Source: Flavobacteriales bacterium (GTDB lineage Bacteria > Bacteroidota > Bacteroidia > Flavobacteriales > BACL11). Taken from it: a stretch of DNA of 50,587 nucleotides. The position numbers and the translations under genes were made by a program. Positions within the stretch are counted from its first letter, which is position 1; each line of letters starts with the position of its first letter. The DNA lies in contig JABJNS010000065.1 of NCBI GenBank assembly GCA_018664745.1, positions 1 through 50,587 on the forward strand, given 5' to 3'. Positions 46,957 through 50,587 of this stretch are shown piece after piece. The notes below the pieces were generated by a model. It saw only the letters and a list, made by a program, of their open reading frames with translations. It searched no databases and was not told the DNA's origin.

Positions 46957-48369
46957 TTATTTAGGGTTTGAAATTACTGTTTTATTCTGTTTTTCTAATA
47001 CAAATATCGAAATGATAAATCCGACTAAATACAAAGAGTTATACCACATACTTGAATCTGTAAAATAGATGAAGAAATAAATACCTAACATACCTAAAAG
47101 ATATAAGCCTATTCTGCTTACTTGATAGGGAATAGGAAAATGTTTTTTGCCTAAGTAATATGAGGCAATCGTCATACTGAAATAACAGATTAAAGTAGTC
47201 CAAGCCGAACCAACAAAGCCAATAATAGGAATAAGCGTAAAGTTAAGGGTGATTGTAATTATGGCTCCAAAAACAGAAAGATACGCTCCATATTTTGTTT
47301 TCTCGGTAAGTTTGTACCAAATGGAAAGGTTGTAATAAATTCCTAAAAATAGATTAGCCAATAACAAGATTGATACCACTAAAAATCCTCTTTCATCATG
47401 ATACTCACTTCCTAAAAAGCCTTTTATAATATCATAGAAAATAGTAACCCCTAAAAATATAATTGCCATTACAATTGTAAAATACTTCATTACATCAGCA
47501 TATATTTTTTTGCTATTTCCTTCTTTTTCTTGTGCAAAAAAGAAAGGTTCTGCAGCAAACCTAAAGGTTTGGATAAATAATGTCATTATAATGGACAGCT
47601 TATAAAACGCACCATATAAACCCAACTCTGAAGCAGCAATTTCGGTATTTGGTAACAAGTGTTTTAATAAAATTCTGTCAATTGTTTCGTTAGTCATCCC
47701 CGCTAAACCTGCAATAAGTAGGGGTAAAGCGTATATCATCATTTTTTTCCAAAGTACTTTATCAAATCTCCAAGATGAATTAATCATCTCTGGGAAAAGC
47801 ATTACTAAAGTAACTATTGAAGCAATTAAGTTAGAAATGAAAATGTATTCAATACCAAACTCTTTATGTACAATAAAGTATAAGTTCAATCCAATATTTA
47901 CAAATATATTTATCAAACGAACTAAAGCAAATCGTATTGCCTTATCCTGCTCTCTTAATCTTGCAAATGAAATAGACGCAACTGCATCTAAAGCGATTAT
48001 TATTGCAAACCATTCAATGTATTCAGTATGCCCAGCATAGCCCATCCAACTAGCAATTGAGGGTGAGCTTGCAAACATCAATACCACAAAAATAATAGAA
48101 GAAACAATTAAGGATATTAGTGCGGTACTGTAAACAACCTTTACATCATTATCCTTTTTGGAAAACCTAAAAAAAGCGGTTTCTAAACCATAAGTAAGTA
48201 CAATAACCAGAAAAGCAACATAGGCATATAGCTCGGTTACCACTCCATATTCAGCCGGCAAAAAATAACGAGTATAAAGCGGAACTAGAAGGTAATTCAA
48301 CAACCTTCCGATTACACTACTCAAACCGTAAATTGCGGTTTGACTAAGTAATTTTTTAAGTGGATTCAA
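46957..48369 (-). CDS. MOP-superfamily polysaccharide/oligosaccharide flippase (Wzx-like)
   Basis: 470 aa with 12-14 predicted TM helices and the N-terminal string [26 protein letters not shown], typical of polysaccharide biosynthesis protein families. Confidence 0.75.
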   Translation of the reverse strand: MNPLKKLLSQTAIYGLSSVIGRLLNYLLVPLYTRYFLPAEYGVVTELYAYVAFLVIVLTYGLETAFFRFSKKDNDVKVVYSTALISLIVSSIIFVVLMFASSPSIASWMGYAGHTEYIEWFAIIIALDAVASISFARLREQDKAIRFALVRLINIFVNIGLNLYFIVHKEFGIEYIFISNLIASIVTLVMLFPEMINSSWRFDKVLWKKMMIYALPLLIAGLAGMTNETIDRILLKHLLPNTEIAASELGLYGAFYKLSIIMTLFIQTFRFAAEPFFFAQEKEGNSKKIYADVMKYFTIVMAIIFLGVTIFYDIIKGFLGSEYHDERGFLVVSILLLANLFLGIYYNLSIWYKLTEKTKYGAYLSVFGAIITITLNFTLIPIIGFVGSAWTTLICYFSMTIASYYLGKKHFPIPYQVSRIGLYLLGMLGIYFFIYFTDSSMWYNSLYLVGFIISIFVLEKQNKTVISNPK

Positions 48370-49143
48370 TTAAAATTTTGCTTTTCTTTTTTCCATAAAT
48401 GCAGTAGTTCCTTCAACAAATTCTAGCGTTTCAAAACAAGAACCAAATTCTGATATCTCAACTTCAAAACCATTTACGCCATCAGTAAAACCAGCATTAA
48501 CCGATTTTATTGCCTTGGCAATTGCCATTGGTGAGTTGCGTTTCATTCTTGAGGCCAACTTTTCTGCCATAGGAATTAATTCCTCTTGTGTGCAAACATG
48601 ATTTACTAAGCCCCAATCTTTCGCCTCAGTAGCCGATAGCATTCCTGCAGTAGTTATCATTTCCATAGCCTTTCCTTTTCCTACTAAGCTCGCTAATCTT
48701 TGTGTACCACCATACCCTGGAATAACGCCCAAAGAAACCTCAGGGAGTCCCATTTTAGCATTATCTGAAGCAATACGAATATGACACGCCATTGCTAATT
48801 CCAATCCGCCACCAAGAGCAAAACCATTCACAGCCGCAATGGATGGAGTTGAAGCATTTTCCAATAAATCAAATAATACTTCTTGTCCTTTTCTTGCTAG
48901 GTTTTCTCCCAATTTTTTGTCAAATTCTGCAAACTCTTTAATGTCGGCCCCCGCAACAAAGGCCTTAGTATCGGCACCAGTTAGGATAATACACCTCACT
49001 AATTTATCATTATCAGCAGCAATTATTGCTTTATTAAGTTCAGTTATAGTAGCGCCATTTAAAGCATTTAACTGCTTTGGACGATTAATAGTGATGTAAC
49101 AAATTCCCTCCTTTACCTCACTTAAAATATTATCGTAATTCAT
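48370..49143 (-). CDS. enoyl-CoA hydratase/isomerase (crotonase) family protein
   Basis: From the ATG at 49143 the product is 257 aa with ITINRPKQLNAL, GADIKEF and NGFALGGGLELAMACHIRIA. The ORF extension to 49224 would include the atp terminator and the promoter box. Confidence 0.9.
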   Translation of the reverse strand: MNYDNILSEVKEGICYITINRPKQLNALNGATITELNKAIIAADNDKLVRCIILTGADTKAFVAGADIKEFAEFDKKLGENLARKGQEVLFDLLENASTPSIAAVNGFALGGGLELAMACHIRIASDNAKMGLPEVSLGVIPGYGGTQRLASLVGKGKAMEMITTAGMLSATEAKDWGLVNHVCTQEELIPMAEKLASRMKRNSPMAIAKAIKSVNAGFTDGVNGFEVEISEFGSCFETLEFVEGTTAFMEKRKAKF

Positions 49144-49157
49144 GATTTTAGTTTTTA

Positions 49158-49165
49158 CAAATATA
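49158..49165 (-). promoter_or_regulatory. Bacteroidota-type -7 promoter box (TATATTTG on the - strand) for the crotonase gene
   Basis: Exact TAnnTTTG match 14 nt upstream of the ATG at 49143, immediately downstream of the atp terminator. Confidence 0.5.
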
Positions 49166-49187
49166 TAGGATTCAATTGATTTGAAAC

Positions 49188-49219
49188 AAAAAAACCCTCT
49201 TCCAAGGAAGAGGGTTTTT
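49188..49219 (-). terminator. intrinsic (rho-independent) terminator after atpG; symmetric A/T flanks make it potentially bidirectional
   Basis: The perfect GC-containing stem CCCTCTTCC (49195-49203) / GGAAGAGGG (49206-49214) is followed on the - strand by TTTTTTT and on the + strand by TTTTT. Confidence 0.8.
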
Positions 49220-49241
49220 AACAATATTATTTAAAAATAAT

Positions 49242-50105
49242 TTATCCGTTTAAGGCTTCAGCACCACCAACAATTTCTAAGATCTCTCCAGTAATTGCTG
49301 CTTGCCTAGCTTTATTATAAGTTAAAGTTAATTGTTTTTTCAATTCTGAAGCATTATCAGTAGCCTTATGCATTGCAGTCATTCTTGCGCCATGTTCAGC
49401 AGCATGAGAATCTAAAACTGCTTTAAATAATTGAGTTTTTAAAGATTTAGGAGTTAGCTCTTCAACAATTTCTTGTTTAGTTGGCTCAAAAATATAATCT
49501 CCAGTAGATGCTCCTTCATTTTCAGTAGCTTGTACTGGCAAGAAGTTTTCTGCCTGAATAATTTGAGTAGCTGCATTTTTAAACTGATTATAAACCAATA
49601 CTACTTTATCATAATCACCCTCAACAAACTGCTCCATAATCCCCACAGCAACCTTTGCAACATTATCAAATGTTAAGTCGCCAAACAAAGCGTCATGCGT
49701 ACTAACAACATTAAAGCCATTCTTGGAAAAATGCTCAGAAGACTTTTTTCCAATTGAAAGAATGCTCACATTAGCGTTTGCATAATCCTCATTAATCAAA
49801 GCTTTTGCTCTTTTCATAATGTAGGCATTAAAACCACCACACAACCCTCTGTTAGAAGTAACTGTTACCAAAAGTACATTCTTAATTTCACGCTCTTGCG
49901 AATACACCCCTCCATCAGAACTATCTAAACTAGCACTTAAATTTTCTAATAATTCGGTCAACTTATTTGCATAAGGTCGCATCTGAATAATTGCATCTTG
50001 CGCTCTTTTAAGCTTTGCTGCAGATACCATTTTCATTGCAGAAGTAATCTGCATAGTTGACCCAACAGATGTAATTCTAGACCTTATTTCTTTTAAGTTA
50101 GCCAT
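49242..50105 (-). CDS. atpG: F0F1 ATP synthase subunit gamma
   Basis: 287 aa with an N-terminal MANLKEIRSRITSVGSTMQITSAMKMVSAAKL and a C-terminal ITGEILEIVGGAEAL. Confidence 0.95.
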   Translation of the reverse strand: MANLKEIRSRITSVGSTMQITSAMKMVSAAKLKRAQDAIIQMRPYANKLTELLENLSASLDSSDGGVYSQEREIKNVLLVTVTSNRGLCGGFNAYIMKRAKALINEDYANANVSILSIGKKSSEHFSKNGFNVVSTHDALFGDLTFDNVAKVAVGIMEQFVEGDYDKVVLVYNQFKNAATQIIQAENFLPVQATENEGASTGDYIFEPTKQEIVEELTPKSLKTQLFKAVLDSHAAEHGARMTAMHKATDNASELKKQLTLTYNKARQAAITGEILEIVGGAEALNG

Positions 50106-50108
50106 TGT

Positions 50109-50587
50109 TTAGTTTGCGTATTTTGAAGATAAATCAGCAGCTACAGTTTCTAAAGTTGACTTAATCTCATCCGTTAATTTTCCTGCTGCTAAAGCATCTA
50201 AAGTGTCTTGGTGCTTAGCATGTAAGAATGCAATAAACTCACCTTCAAATTCTTTAATCTTATTTACAGGAACATCCATTAATAAGCCGTTAGTTCCACA
50301 GAAGATAATTGCTGCTTGCTCTTCAACTCTTAAAGGAGAATATTGTCCTTGCTTTAAGATTTCAACATTACGCTTACCTTTTTCAATTACTGCATTTGTT
50401 GCAGCATCTAAATCAGAACCAAACTTAGCAAATGCCTCTAACTCTCTATATTGTGCTTGATCTAGTTTTAATGTTCCAGAAATCTTTTTCATTGACTTAA
50501 TTTGTGCAGCACCACCAACTCTTGATACCGAAATACCAACATTAATTGCAGGACGAACACCTGATAAGAAAAGATTAGACTCTAAGA
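50109..50587 (-). CDS. atpA: F0F1 ATP synthase subunit alpha, C-terminal ~159 aa; the 5' part lies outside the window
   Basis: The frame is open to the window edge. [45 protein letters not shown] is the conserved AtpA C-terminal domain. Confidence 0.92.
   Translation of the reverse strand, partial: LESNLFLSGVRPAINVGISVSRVGGAAQIKSMKKISGTLKLDQAQYRELEAFAKFGSDLDAATNAVIEKGKRNVEILKQGQYSPLRVEEQAAIIFCGTNGLLMDVPVNKIKEFEGEFIAFLHAKHQDTLDALAAGKLTDEIKSTLETVAADLSSKYAN

Noticed and set aside
1-50587. Sigma-54 promoters (TGGCAC-N5-TTGCW) that would go with the rpoN gene, and CRISPR arrays or other interspersed repeats.
   Set aside because: Scanning TGGCA/GGCAC occurrences on both strands by eye (for example near 14, 1128, 18070 and 34815), none had a GC element at the correct 10-nt spacing in an intergenic position. 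No regularly spaced direct repeats were seen. A position-weight-matrix scan and a repeat finder would be needed for a definitive negative.

Overview
This is an AT-rich chromosomal segment (roughly one-third GC by eye) with the hallmarks of Bacteroidota, probably a Flavobacteriia-like organism. The evidence is type IX secretion (T9SS) cargo with both type A and type B C-terminal domains, a PorP/SprF gene, TAnnTTTG -7 promoter boxes close to start codons, and almost no Shine-Dalgarno sequences. I call 38 CDS and one tRNA-Arg(UCG), very tightly packed with many 1-nt and 4-nt start/stop overlaps. Most of the content is core housekeeping: glyQS, folB, gltX, ybeY, mnmG, recO, dxs, asnS, rpoN, gatA, tatA, dut, atpG and atpA. 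Interspersed are envelope functions: a TetR-TolC-MFP-RND efflux operon, a TonB-dependent receptor, an MltD-like transglycosylase, two M23/LytM proteins, a Wzx-like flippase, and five T9SS-related genes. Genes run mostly on the + strand up to about 33 kb; from 33051 to the window end all 18 genes are on the - strand. I found no transposase, integrase, phage, CRISPR, toxin-antitoxin or recognisable defence genes, so I cannot honestly point to a clear-cut new system. The best candidates for follow-up are: (1) a tightly coupled operon of M23 peptidase, a 1230-aa type-B-CTD adhesin, PorP/SprF and a PD40+OmpA_C (PorE-like) protein; (2) a 1096-aa membrane-anchored, extremely Lys/Glu-rich DUF4175-like protein coupled to ybeY; (3) a G9 homopolymer inside the TonB-dependent receptor; (4) a secreted tandem FN3-like protein with an atypically short C-terminal tail; and (5) active-site variants in the two M23 proteins. 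Product calls rest on motif and family recognition from the supplied translations, not on database searches.
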